Assembly (NCBI GenBank): GCA_913043235.1
Contig: CAJWLO010000005.1
Coordinates: forward strand, 9,597 to 73,596
Reading direction: 5' to 3'
Length of the DNA: 64,000 nucleotides
From: an uncultured Fidelibacterota bacterium
Lineage (GTDB): Bacteria; Fidelibacterota; Marinisomatia; Marinisomatales; UBA1611
The translations under genes and the position numbers were made by a program. Numbering within the stretch: the first letter of the stretch is position 1; each line of letters starts with the position of its first letter. Positions 48,334 through 57,501 of this stretch are shown here, piece by piece. The notes under the pieces were generated by a model. That model was given only the letters and a program-made list of their open reading frames with translations, had not been told where the DNA came from and made no database searches.

Positions 48334-50397
48334 ATGTTTAAAATAAAGAAACAAAGAACAATCGTTAGTGCAATTTTATGCTCATTAACTATTCTTATTG
48401 CAGGTGATGATAATGTGTTACAATCGATGGATATTTTTGAGATGGAAGGTGTATCAGATCCTCAGATTTCTCCTGATGGTTCTCAGATCCTGTATGTCCG
48501 TTCTGGTAGTGATGTAATGAGTGACAAGCGTTACTCTAATATTTGGATCATTAATTTTGACGGAAGCAATAACCGTCCCCTTACCAGTGGACAGAATGGC
48601 AACAGTCAGCCGCGCTGGTCTCCGGATGGCAAACAGATCATCTATGTATCCAGTTCCTCAGGCTCTGGTCAGATTCATAAACGCTGGATGGATACAGGCG
48701 AGACCACTATTCTGACCAATGTTCAGACAGGTCCCCATGGTATCAGCTGGTCTCCGAATGGTAAGCATGTTGCATTTTTTGGTACGGTTCCACAAGGTGC
48801 AGATTTTAAAGCTGATCTTCCCACGCCTCCTGCGGGAGCGGAATGGGCAGCACCGGCTAAGGTAATTGATCGTTTGGTGTATCGATTTGATGGTGTTGGG
48901 TATTTAAAGGGTTATAAACATTTATTTGTTGTGCCATCGGAAGGTGGTACTGCGCGTCAGTTAACTTCTGGGCGGTTTAATTTTGCTTCATACAGAGGTG
49001 GCCAGACGGTATGGTCTCGTGATAGTAAGTATATTTATGCCTCAACCAATTTACAAGATGATTGGGAAGCCACACCTGAAATTGAAATTTATCAGATCAA
49101 TGCTGCAGATGGTTCAATGGATCGTCTTACAAATAGATTTGGTCAAGATGTAAATCCTACGCCATCACCTGATGGGAAGTCTCTGGCTTATACTGGTTAC
49201 GATGATAAAAAAATGGCCACTCAAATTTCCCATATATATGTGATGAATCTCAAAACGAGAAAGATTAAAGAGATTAAAACAAAACTTGATCGAAGTGTCC
49301 GTAGTCTTAAATGGTCTCCTGACGGAAAAACTATTTTCTTTATGTATGATACTGAAGGGAACACGAAATTAGCTAAAACCACATTAAATGGTAAAACTAA
49401 GATATTAACAAACAATGGTGGTGGACGTTATACGATGGCATATGGTGGAGGGGGTGCGTTTAGTATGTCTTCAAATGGAAATTATGTTTATATATATTCA
49501 CGTCCAGATATTCCCTCGGATCTTGCTGTTGGGAATACTAAAGGTGGTAAAACAAAAGTAATAACTTCAGTCAATGCAGACCTGTTTGCGAATAAGGAGC
49601 TTGGCAAGGTAGAAGAGATTTGGTATAAGTCTTCCCATGATGGTCTAGATATCCAGGGCTGGATCATTAAACCGCCTGGTTTTGATCCTTCGAAAAAATA
49701 TCCTTTAATAATTAAAATCCATGGTGGTCCATTTTCAAATTATGGTGATCGTTTTTATTTGGAAAAACAACTTATGGCAGCGCAAGGGTATGTAGTACTG
49801 TATACCAACCCCCGCGGTAGTACCAGCTATGGTGAGAAGTTTGCACAGTTGATCCACCATGATTATCCTGGAGATGATTTCTATGATCTTAACTCTGGAG
49901 TAGATGCGGTCATAAAAAAAGGTTATATCGATGAAGATAATCTCTTTGTTACTGGTGGAAGCGGTGGCGGCGTCTTGACCTGTTGGATGATTGGTAGGAC
50001 CACCCGTTTCAAGGCAGCGGTAACTGTATATCCAGTGATTAACTGGTATAGTTTTGCCCTTTACACTGACATTCCTAGAGTTGCAAACTATTGGTTCCCT
50101 GGTATGCCCTGGGATCATGTGGAATTATACGAGAGTAAAAATCTATTATCGGTCGTAAAGAATGTAACAACACCTACAATGGTGTTAACGGGTGAGGCAG
50201 ACTATCGGACACCAATGCCCGACTCGGAACAGTATTATGCAGCGTTGCAGCTGCTAGGTATAGAGTCCACACTAGTACGTGTTCCAGATGAACCTCATGG
50301 TATAAATGTTCGTCCTAGTCATCATATAAGTAAGTTGCAGCATATCATGGGCTGGATGAATAAATATAACTCAGGGAATCGTTATGAAAGGAATTAA
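48334..50397 (+). CDS. S9 (acylaminoacyl-peptidase-like) serine peptidase, tandem copy 2
   Basis: AAGGAGG at 48321-48327 precedes ATG 48334 (MFKIKKQRTIVSAILCSL..). Same domain order and triad as copy 1. The track's start at 48307 overlaps the upstream gene. Confidence 0.9.
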   Translation: MFKIKKQRTIVSAILCSLTILIAGDDNVLQSMDIFEMEGVSDPQISPDGSQILYVRSGSDVMSDKRYSNIWIINFDGSNNRPLTSGQNGNSQPRWSPDGKQIIYVSSSSGSGQIHKRWMDTGETTILTNVQTGPHGISWSPNGKHVAFFGTVPQGADFKADLPTPPAGAEWAAPAKVIDRLVYRFDGVGYLKGYKHLFVVPSEGGTARQLTSGRFNFASYRGGQTVWSRDSKYIYASTNLQDDWEATPEIEIYQINAADGSMDRLTNRFGQDVNPTPSPDGKSLAYTGYDDKKMATQISHIYVMNLKTRKIKEIKTKLDRSVRSLKWSPDGKTIFFMYDTEGNTKLAKTTLNGKTKILTNNGGGRYTMAYGGGGAFSMSSNGNYVYIYSRPDIPSDLAVGNTKGGKTKVITSVNADLFANKELGKVEEIWYKSSHDGLDIQGWIIKPPGFDPSKKYPLIIKIHGGPFSNYGDRFYLEKQLMAAQGYVVLYTNPRGSTSYGEKFAQLIHHDYPGDDFYDLNSGVDAVIKKGYIDEDNLFVTGGSGGGVLTCWMIGRTTRFKAAVTVYPVINWYSFALYTDIPRVANYWFPGMPWDHVELYESKNLLSVVKNVTTPTMVLTGEADYRTPMPDSEQYYAALQLLGIESTLVRVPDEPHGINVRPSHHISKLQHIMGWMNKYNSGNRYERN
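49801..49982 (+). repeat. 182-bp tract identical to 47739-47920 (copy 2)
   Basis: See 47739-47920. The tract encodes YTNPRGSTSYGEKFAQLIHHDYPGDDFYDLNSGVDAVIKKGYIDEDNLFVTGGSGGGVLTC, including the nucleophile elbow. Confidence 0.9.
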
Positions 50398-50398
50398 T

Positions 50399-51406
50399 AT
50401 GAAAAAATTATTTAGAGTTAAATTTAATTTGCTTCAAATCTGTTGCTTAATGTTGATATTTGTATTGCAGTCAACGCACTTAAATGCTCAAGCAAGTTTA
50501 AAAGGATTAGAAACGGAGTTATCAAGATTAGCTGATTTATCCGGTGGTAAAATGGGTATAGGAGTTATTCATTTGGAAACAGATCAAAGACTCTATGTTA
50601 ATAATAATGAGAGATATCCTCTTGCCAGTACCTATAAAGTACCCATTGCTGTTCAATTGTTAAAAAGGGTGGAAAAAGGAGAACTAAACCTTAATGATAT
50701 AACAGATGTACAACCCAAGGATCAACATCCAGGCAGTGGCATTTTATCAAACCTGTTTGTTGCACCAGGCGTACAATTGTCTCTAAGGAATCAATTAGAG
50801 TTAATGATGATTCTAAGTGATAATAGTGCGACAGATATTTGTTTAAATGCTGCTGGTGGTCCGGAAAAAGTAAAAAGTATGTTGAAAAAAAATAAAATTC
50901 GAAACATGTCTATTGATCGATCTACTATTAGTCTTATCGGAGATTGGTTAGGGCTTAAATTGGAAGGCGGAGCAACTTCGAACAAAGAATTCATGGAACA
51001 ATATAATAATCTTCCAAAAGAAGTTGTAATGGAAGCAAGTGAAAAGTTCGGAAAAGATCTGCGTGATACAGCAACTCCTCAAGCAATGGCAGAATTATTA
51101 CAGATGATATGGTCGAACAAAATCCTTAAAAAAGAAAGTTCTGAACTATTGGTTGATATAATGAGTCGATGCCAAACTGGAGAAGGTAGATTAAAAGGAT
51201 TATTGCCTCAGGGCACATATGTTGCTCATAAAACAGGAACAATTGGTGCAACCACTAATGATGTTGGTATTATCCGTCTGCCTCAAAATAAAGGAAATGT
51301 TGTGGTAGTTGCATTTGTTAAAGATTCTGATTTGAGTGTTCCCGAAAGAGAAAGAGCAATTGCACATGTAGCTAGATCAGTGCATGACTACTTCCTCTTC
51401 CAATAA
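50399..51406 (+). CDS. class-A-beta-lactamase-fold serine hydrolase lacking the Glu166 general base (PBP-A-like candidate DD-peptidase)
   Basis: Signal peptide present. ASTYKV (S70xxK73), LSDNSA (SDN), HKTGT (KTG). The omega-loop position reads IDRSTISLI where TEM has LDRWEPELN. ATG 50399 lies 1 nt after the upstream stop; ATG 50384 is an alternative. Confidence 0.8.
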   Translation: MKKLFRVKFNLLQICCLMLIFVLQSTHLNAQASLKGLETELSRLADLSGGKMGIGVIHLETDQRLYVNNNERYPLASTYKVPIAVQLLKRVEKGELNLNDITDVQPKDQHPGSGILSNLFVAPGVQLSLRNQLELMMILSDNSATDICLNAAGGPEKVKSMLKKNKIRNMSIDRSTISLIGDWLGLKLEGGATSNKEFMEQYNNLPKEVVMEASEKFGKDLRDTATPQAMAELLQMIWSNKILKKESSELLVDIMSRCQTGEGRLKGLLPQGTYVAHKTGTIGATTNDVGIIRLPQNKGNVVVVAFVKDSDLSVPERERAIAHVARSVHDYFLFQ

Positions 51407-51431
51407 ATTTAATTTCATAGGAGTAAAAACA

Positions 51432-53420
51432 ATGGTTTATTTTAAAAGGTTAATCTCAATTTCCATATTACTGCTGTTTGTAAATGTACAGTCACAAAAT
51501 TGGACTCCAGAGACAAGCATCCAGTTAAAGCAAATTTCAGATTTAAATTTTTCAAACAAGGGCAATAAAATCGCTTTTGTGGTTAGAGAAGCACTCATTG
51601 AAGGTGAACAATCTGAATATTTAAGTCAAATCTGGGTGGCAAATTCTGATGGCTCTGATTTAGTACAGTTCACATATGATGAGAAATCGAGTAATCGACC
51701 CCGTTTTTCACCTGATGGAAAATACTTAGCATTCATTAGCCAGCGAAGCGAAAAACCCCAAATATGGATTATGAATATTGCTGGCGGAGGATCTTGGCAG
51801 TTCACTCATGAAAAAGAAGGTGTTGGTGCATTCCATTGGTCTCCAAATGGTCAATCCATTGCGTTTTTAATGAAAGATCCTTTAACTGAAGAAGAAGAAA
51901 AGGAAAAAAAGGAAAAAAGAGATGTGATTGTAGTTGATCAAAATTTTAAATATGCACACGTCTATACCAAAAATTTCGATTCAAAATCAGACACCAGTAA
52001 GGCAGAAAGAATCACCACTGGTAATTATGACATTACTGGATTTGATTGGAAGCCTGATGGGAAAAAGATTGTTTTTTCCCATAGACCGGAACCTACTTTT
52101 AATAGTGGATTTGGTTTGGGGGACATATCCATTGTTAATTTGTCCAATAAAAAAGTAAAAACCTTAGTGGATTGGGAAGGTGTTGATACTAGTCCTTCTT
52201 TTTCTCCAGATGGTAAATTAATTGCATTTGTTTCAAATGGCGGTAAGCGGGAAGAAATTGGTTTAAGCGACGTATATGTAATTAAATCAAATGGAGGCAA
52301 ACCGAAAAAACTAGCTGAAACTCCTAACAGAGGTAGGCCTGGCGTAATTAACTGGTCCTCAGATAGTCAGCATCTTTATGTTGGTGACCTTGATCGCACT
52401 CAATCCCAGATATATAAAATTGGTGTTCAAGGAAAAACTATTAATGCATTGCTTGATTATGAAGGAACCGTTTCTTCACCTGCAATAAGTAATGATGAAT
52501 TGAAGATCACTTTTGTAAAACAAACTGTCAGTGAACCTAGCGAAGTATTCTCTGGTTTATTAAAAGGAGTAAAAACAAAACAAATTACTAATTTTAATTC
52601 TGATTTAGATTTTCCAGCTATCACCAAAACTGAAATAATAAAATGGAAATCAAAAGATGGACTTGAAGTCGAAGGATTATTAACCTATCCTGCCAATTAT
52701 AATAAACGAAAAAAATATCCCTTGGCACTTATTATCCATGGCGGACCTGCAGGGGTATTTACTCAGGCGTTTACAGGTAATCCAGGTATTTATACAATCC
52801 AATATTTCACTAATAATGGCTATGCGGTGCTTCGACCAAATCCACGTGGAAGTACAGGATATGGTAAAGATTTTCGCTATGCAAATTTTAAGGATTGGGG
52901 TTTTGGCGACTATGAAGATATCATGTCAGGAGTAGATAAAGCTATAGATATGGGTGTTGCTGATCCAAAACGATTGGCAGTAATGGGTTGGAGTTATGGT
53001 GGATATATGACCTCATTTGTTGTAACCCGAACAGATCGTTTCAAAGCAGCAAGTATGGGTGCGGGACTGCCTAATCTAATCAGTATGACAACGACAACTG
53101 ATATACCTGACTATTTAGTTGCGCATATGGGTGGCGAATTCTGGGATGATTATGAGACCTATGAAAAACATTCAGCGATGTATCGCATAAAAAATGTGGT
53201 TACGCCTACCCAAATTTTGCATGGTGAAAATGATCTTCGAGTTCCTTTTACACAGGGGCAAGAATTCTATGTTGCGTTAAAGAGGAGAGGTGTACAGACT
53301 GAAATGGCCGTATATCCACGGACACCACATGGCCCAAGAGAGCCCAAATTACTAATGGATGTATCTCCTAGAATATTAAACTGGCTTGATAAATATATTG
53401 ACCGCAGTACTGATAGATAA
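51432..53420 (+). CDS. S9 family serine peptidase with beta-propeller N-terminal region
   Basis: TAGGAG at 51418-51423 precedes ATG 51432 (MVYFKRLISISILLLFVNVQSQ). PD40 repeats (FSPDGKYLAFIS, WSPNGQSIAFL, FSPDGKLIAFVS). Triad: MGWSYGGYM, LHGENDLRVP, RTPHGP. Confidence 0.9.
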   Translation: MVYFKRLISISILLLFVNVQSQNWTPETSIQLKQISDLNFSNKGNKIAFVVREALIEGEQSEYLSQIWVANSDGSDLVQFTYDEKSSNRPRFSPDGKYLAFISQRSEKPQIWIMNIAGGGSWQFTHEKEGVGAFHWSPNGQSIAFLMKDPLTEEEEKEKKEKRDVIVVDQNFKYAHVYTKNFDSKSDTSKAERITTGNYDITGFDWKPDGKKIVFSHRPEPTFNSGFGLGDISIVNLSNKKVKTLVDWEGVDTSPSFSPDGKLIAFVSNGGKREEIGLSDVYVIKSNGGKPKKLAETPNRGRPGVINWSSDSQHLYVGDLDRTQSQIYKIGVQGKTINALLDYEGTVSSPAISNDELKITFVKQTVSEPSEVFSGLLKGVKTKQITNFNSDLDFPAITKTEIIKWKSKDGLEVEGLLTYPANYNKRKKYPLALIIHGGPAGVFTQAFTGNPGIYTIQYFTNNGYAVLRPNPRGSTGYGKDFRYANFKDWGFGDYEDIMSGVDKAIDMGVADPKRLAVMGWSYGGYMTSFVVTRTDRFKAASMGAGLPNLISMTTTTDIPDYLVAHMGGEFWDDYETYEKHSAMYRIKNVVTPTQILHGENDLRVPFTQGQEFYVALKRRGVQTEMAVYPRTPHGPREPKLLMDVSPRILNWLDKYIDRSTDR

Positions 53421-53451
53421 GAATATAGATGTCAATAAGGAATAAAATTGT

Positions 53452-54723
53452 GTGATACTTAAAGAAAAAATAAAGCCATCAGAAAAAAAAGCACTAATTT
53501 GGGCTTTTTCTTATTTTTTCTGCCTATTAGCTAGTTACTATATAATTCGGCCACTAAGAGATGAGATGGGAATTTTTGGTGGTATTGAAAATTTGCCTTG
53601 GCTGTTCACTGGAACATTCTTGGTAATGCTCATTGCAGTACCTTTTTTCGGATGGGTAGCATCTAATTACCCTAGGGAAAGATTTATCCCATACGTCTAT
53701 GGATTTTTTATCTCAATTATAATCACCTTTTATTTGCTCTTCTCCAGTGGTTTCAATCATACTCGCATTGCTCAAGCATTCTATATCTGGGCAAGTGTTT
53801 ATAATTTATTTATTATATCAGTTTTTTGGAGTTTTATGGCAGATATTTTTTCCAATAGCCAAGCCAAAAGATTATATGGATATATTGCTGCTGGGGGAAC
53901 GATCGGAGCTATTGCCGGACCTGCCCTAACATTATTTCTAGTAAAATTTACAGGCCCAATTAATTTGTTGATTCTCTCAGCATTATTATTAGTGGGAGCA
54001 ATAATTTGTGTAAAAAAATTGAATCAATGGCAATTATCTTTTAATAAAGATAAAATGACTGAAAATACTGAGGATATGAGTATTCCTATGGGTGGGAATC
54101 CTTTTGCCGGTATAAAACTTGTTGCAACTTCTCATTATTTAATGGGCATATGCCTATTAATGCTTTTATATACTACTCTTTCAACTTTTTTGTATCTCCA
54201 ACAAGCAGAAATAATTAAGATGAATATATCTGACCCTTCCCAACGCACAGCAATTTTTGCTGGGATGGATTTCGCTGTGAATATTTTAACTGTTTTAACA
54301 CAAGTATTTGTTACAGGAAAGATTGTTAATTTTTTTGGCTTAGGTAAAACGTTAATGATAATTCCTATTGGTTTAGCGATAGGTCTATTGATTTTAGGAT
54401 TGTCACCAATTTTATCGGTACTTATTGTGGTTCAAGTATTGCGGCGGGCAGGGAATTATGCAATTATGAAACCGGCTCGTGAAATGCTGTATGTTTCCCT
54501 TGGAAAAGAAGAAAAGTACAAGGCGAAAAATTTTATTGATACCACAATTTACCGAGGAGGAGATGCCGTAAGTGCTTGGTTCTTTGGTGGCCTCAGAGCT
54601 CTTGGCGTCGGATTAGCAGGTATCGCATTTATTGGTGTCCCACTTGCGTTGGTTTGGGCGTGGGTATCTTTTAGACTGGGTAATGAGAATGAAAAAATGA
54701 ACACCAAGGCTAAATTAACATAA
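53452..54723 (+). CDS. polytopic inner-membrane transporter, MFS-type with ATP:ADP-antiporter (TLC/Npt)-like N-terminal signature
   Basis: About 11-12 hydrophobic segments. KKALIWAFSYFFCLLASYYIIRPLRDEMG resembles the TLC-family N-terminal pattern (..F..Y.ilR..KD..). GTG start. Substrate unknown. Confidence 0.6.
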   Translation: MILKEKIKPSEKKALIWAFSYFFCLLASYYIIRPLRDEMGIFGGIENLPWLFTGTFLVMLIAVPFFGWVASNYPRERFIPYVYGFFISIIITFYLLFSSGFNHTRIAQAFYIWASVYNLFIISVFWSFMADIFSNSQAKRLYGYIAAGGTIGAIAGPALTLFLVKFTGPINLLILSALLLVGAIICVKKLNQWQLSFNKDKMTENTEDMSIPMGGNPFAGIKLVATSHYLMGICLLMLLYTTLSTFLYLQQAEIIKMNISDPSQRTAIFAGMDFAVNILTVLTQVFVTGKIVNFFGLGKTLMIIPIGLAIGLLILGLSPILSVLIVVQVLRRAGNYAIMKPAREMLYVSLGKEEKYKAKNFIDTTIYRGGDAVSAWFFGGLRALGVGLAGIAFIGVPLALVWAWVSFRLGNENEKMNTKAKLT

Positions 54724-54753
54724 TTTCAACCTAGCAAAAGAAGGAGTATAGAA

Positions 54754-55881
54754 ATGAAATCATCTAGAAGAGAATTCATGATCAAAAGCGCAGCCGCTGC
54801 TGCGGCATTAGGGCTGGGAATGTCTTATGGAAATACCCTAAAAACAAAAAAGACCAAAAAAGCAAAAAAATCTTTAAAAATCCTTATTTTGGGTGGCACT
54901 GCATTTACAGGCCCTCATCTAATTAAATATGCTATGGATCGTGGACACTCCATTTCTGTTTTTAATCGAGGTAAAACAAAAGCAACAGTTCATAAAGAAC
55001 TATTTAATAAAGTAGAAAAACTGGTAGGCGATCGCAATGACAATTTAGAAGCCTTGAAAGGGCGCCAATGGGATGCAGTGATTGATAATTATGCTGTTTA
55101 TCCTCGATGGGTGAGACAGACCGCTGATATTCTAAAAGATAATGTGGATACGTATCTATTTAATTCGACTTTAAGTGTACACGCCGCTTTTTCAAAGCGA
55201 GGGTTAAATGAAGATGATCCAGTTGCAACTACGGATACACCTGATAAAGAAGATGGCAGTTTATATGGACCACTGAAAGCATTATGTGAAGATGTAACTC
55301 GCAATGTTTTTAAAGAACGGGCAATCATCGTCCGACCCCATTTAATTGTTGGCCCTGGAGACACAACGGACCGATTTACCTATTGGCCGGTTAGAATACA
55401 GAAGGGCGGGGAAATCTTGGCACCTGGGAATATAAATCGTCCTGTTCAATATATAGATGCGAGGGACCTTTCTCAGTTTATGATTCATTTAATTGAAAAT
55501 AAAACTAGCGGTACATTCAGTGGAGTAGGCCCTTTATCAGGGTTAAGTATGGCTGAATTACTTTATGGTATGAGAGCTGTGGTGAGTAATGATATTTCAT
55601 TTACATGGGTCGATCAAGAATTTCTCACTAAAAATGAAGTTAGACCATGGAACGAAATGACGACATGGATGCCTGAAGGAGGGGAATGGGATGGATTTGG
55701 GTCTTTTGATAATAGTAAATCTGTAAAGGCAGGACTGACCTACAGGCCACTGGCAGAAACAGTAAAAGATACTCTTGACTGGTGGGAGGGTCTTCCTGAA
55801 GAAAGAAGGAATAAACCAAAAGCAGGTCTCGATTATAAAAAAGAACAAAAGGCACTAAAGGCTTGGAAGCTAAATCAATGA
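54754..55881 (+). CDS. Tat-exported NAD-dependent epimerase/dehydratase (extended SDR) family protein
   Basis: Twin-arginine signal SSRREFMIKSAAAAAALGLG. Rossmann ILILGGTAFTGPHL. AAGGAG SD. Confidence 0.85.
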   Translation: MKSSRREFMIKSAAAAAALGLGMSYGNTLKTKKTKKAKKSLKILILGGTAFTGPHLIKYAMDRGHSISVFNRGKTKATVHKELFNKVEKLVGDRNDNLEALKGRQWDAVIDNYAVYPRWVRQTADILKDNVDTYLFNSTLSVHAAFSKRGLNEDDPVATTDTPDKEDGSLYGPLKALCEDVTRNVFKERAIIVRPHLIVGPGDTTDRFTYWPVRIQKGGEILAPGNINRPVQYIDARDLSQFMIHLIENKTSGTFSGVGPLSGLSMAELLYGMRAVVSNDISFTWVDQEFLTKNEVRPWNEMTTWMPEGGEWDGFGSFDNSKSVKAGLTYRPLAETVKDTLDWWEGLPEERRNKPKAGLDYKKEQKALKAWKLNQ

Positions 55882-55931
55882 AGTAATGCTTGAAATAGAA
55901 GCGACAAACTCGTGCGAAAGGTTTTGAAAAT

Positions 55932-57491
55932 ATGAAAATGATGACTAGAAATATTATACTAATATTAATCTTATTTACCGTTGTTAAAGGTGTGTCTCAA
56001 GAATCAGTACCAGAAGGATTGGAAAAACGTATTGAAAATATTTATAAAGAATGGAATATACCTGGTATGGCAGTAGCAATTATCAAAGATGATAAAGTTA
56101 TCTATGCGAAAGGATTTGGTGTTCGCGAAATAGGTAAGTCTGCAAGAGTAGATGAAAGGACTCTTTTTGCAGTTGCTTCAACGACAAAAGCAATGACTGC
56201 TGCTACTTTGGGTATGCTTGTAGATGAAGAAAAACTAAGTTGGAATGATCGGGTTATAGATGTTTTACCTGGTTTCCGTATGTATGATGCATATGCAACT
56301 GCTGAGATGAGAGTTCGGGATTTATTAACCCATAAAAGTGGTTTGTCTAGAGGTGATGGAGCGTGGCTTGAGTTTCCTATTTCTAGAGAAAAAGTTTTAC
56401 ATCAAGTTCGTTATTTAAAACCTTCATACAGTTTTAGATCAAAATACCATTATAGTAATTTAATGTATTTGGTGGCAGGATTGGCATCAGAGGAAATACA
56501 TGGCGATACTTGGGATAACGTAATGTATAAACGATTATTTAAACCATTAAATATGAGTAGGAGTCTGTCAACGACAAGCGAGATTAATAAACGCAGTAAT
56601 GTAGCAACGCCTCATGCCAAAGAAAATGGATTTTTTTCAGAAGGAAATTTTAAGCCAATAACTCATCGTAAAGCTGACGGCATTGCTCCTGCTGGAGCAG
56701 TTTATTCAAATGTATTAGAAATGGCCAATTGGGTTAGACTAAATATGAATAATGGTGAGTTTGAAGGAAAAAGAATATTAAGTGAATCAGTGATGAATCA
56801 AATGCATACGCCCCAGATGCATTATAAATTTAACCCAAGATTCCCTGAGGAAGAAGAAGTCACGAATTTTAAAACCTATGGTCTTGGTTGGTTAATAGAT
56901 GACTATAGAGGACATAAGCGGGTTAGTCATGGAGGTTATTTAGACGGATTTAGTACTTGGATTGGTTTTATTCCATCAATAAACGTAGGATGGGTTGTAA
57001 TGAATAATGGTGGTATTCGTATGACCCAGGTGGTTGGAACTGAGATTATCGATGCTTTTTTAAATGTAAATAATAAAATTGATTGGTCTATGTTGGAGAT
57101 GAAATATCAGAAGGATAATCCATCATATGGATATCAAGTTTCCGATAGCTTATTGGCTGATATAGTATCTAACCGTGTTAACGGAACCAGCCTTCGCCTG
57201 GATAATTCTGGTTATACAGGTGAATACTCAAATGAATTTTATGGTAAACTAAGAGTTTATGAAAAAAATGGAAAACTTTTTATATCAAGAGGAAATAAAT
57301 TGCAGGGTATTTTAAATCAATGGCATTATGATACTTTCCGTGTAAGATGGGATTTATTAGCAGATAGAGTCAGGGGATGCTGCGGAGGAGGAAATGAATT
57401 CATTACCTTTCATTTTAATATGAAAAATGAAGCTGCTGTGTTGGAAAGAATCATTGATGGAAATCCAACATATTTTCATAAATTAGATTAG
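55932..57491 (+). CDS. S12 serine hydrolase, tandem copy 1
   Basis: ASTTKAM (SxxK), YHYSNLMY (YxN), VSHGGYLDGF (HxG). C-terminal YTGEYSNEFYGKLRVYEKNGKLFI (DUF3471-like). Confidence 0.85.
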   Translation: MKMMTRNIILILILFTVVKGVSQESVPEGLEKRIENIYKEWNIPGMAVAIIKDDKVIYAKGFGVREIGKSARVDERTLFAVASTTKAMTAATLGMLVDEEKLSWNDRVIDVLPGFRMYDAYATAEMRVRDLLTHKSGLSRGDGAWLEFPISREKVLHQVRYLKPSYSFRSKYHYSNLMYLVAGLASEEIHGDTWDNVMYKRLFKPLNMSRSLSTTSEINKRSNVATPHAKENGFFSEGNFKPITHRKADGIAPAGAVYSNVLEMANWVRLNMNNGEFEGKRILSESVMNQMHTPQMHYKFNPRFPEEEEVTNFKTYGLGWLIDDYRGHKRVSHGGYLDGFSTWIGFIPSINVGWVVMNNGGIRMTQVVGTEIIDAFLNVNNKIDWSMLEMKYQKDNPSYGYQVSDSLLADIVSNRVNGTSLRLDNSGYTGEYSNEFYGKLRVYEKNGKLFISRGNKLQGILNQWHYDTFRVRWDLLADRVRGCCGGGNEFITFHFNMKNEAAVLERIIDGNPTYFHKLD

Positions 57492-57501
57492 GAGGAGTAA
57501 A

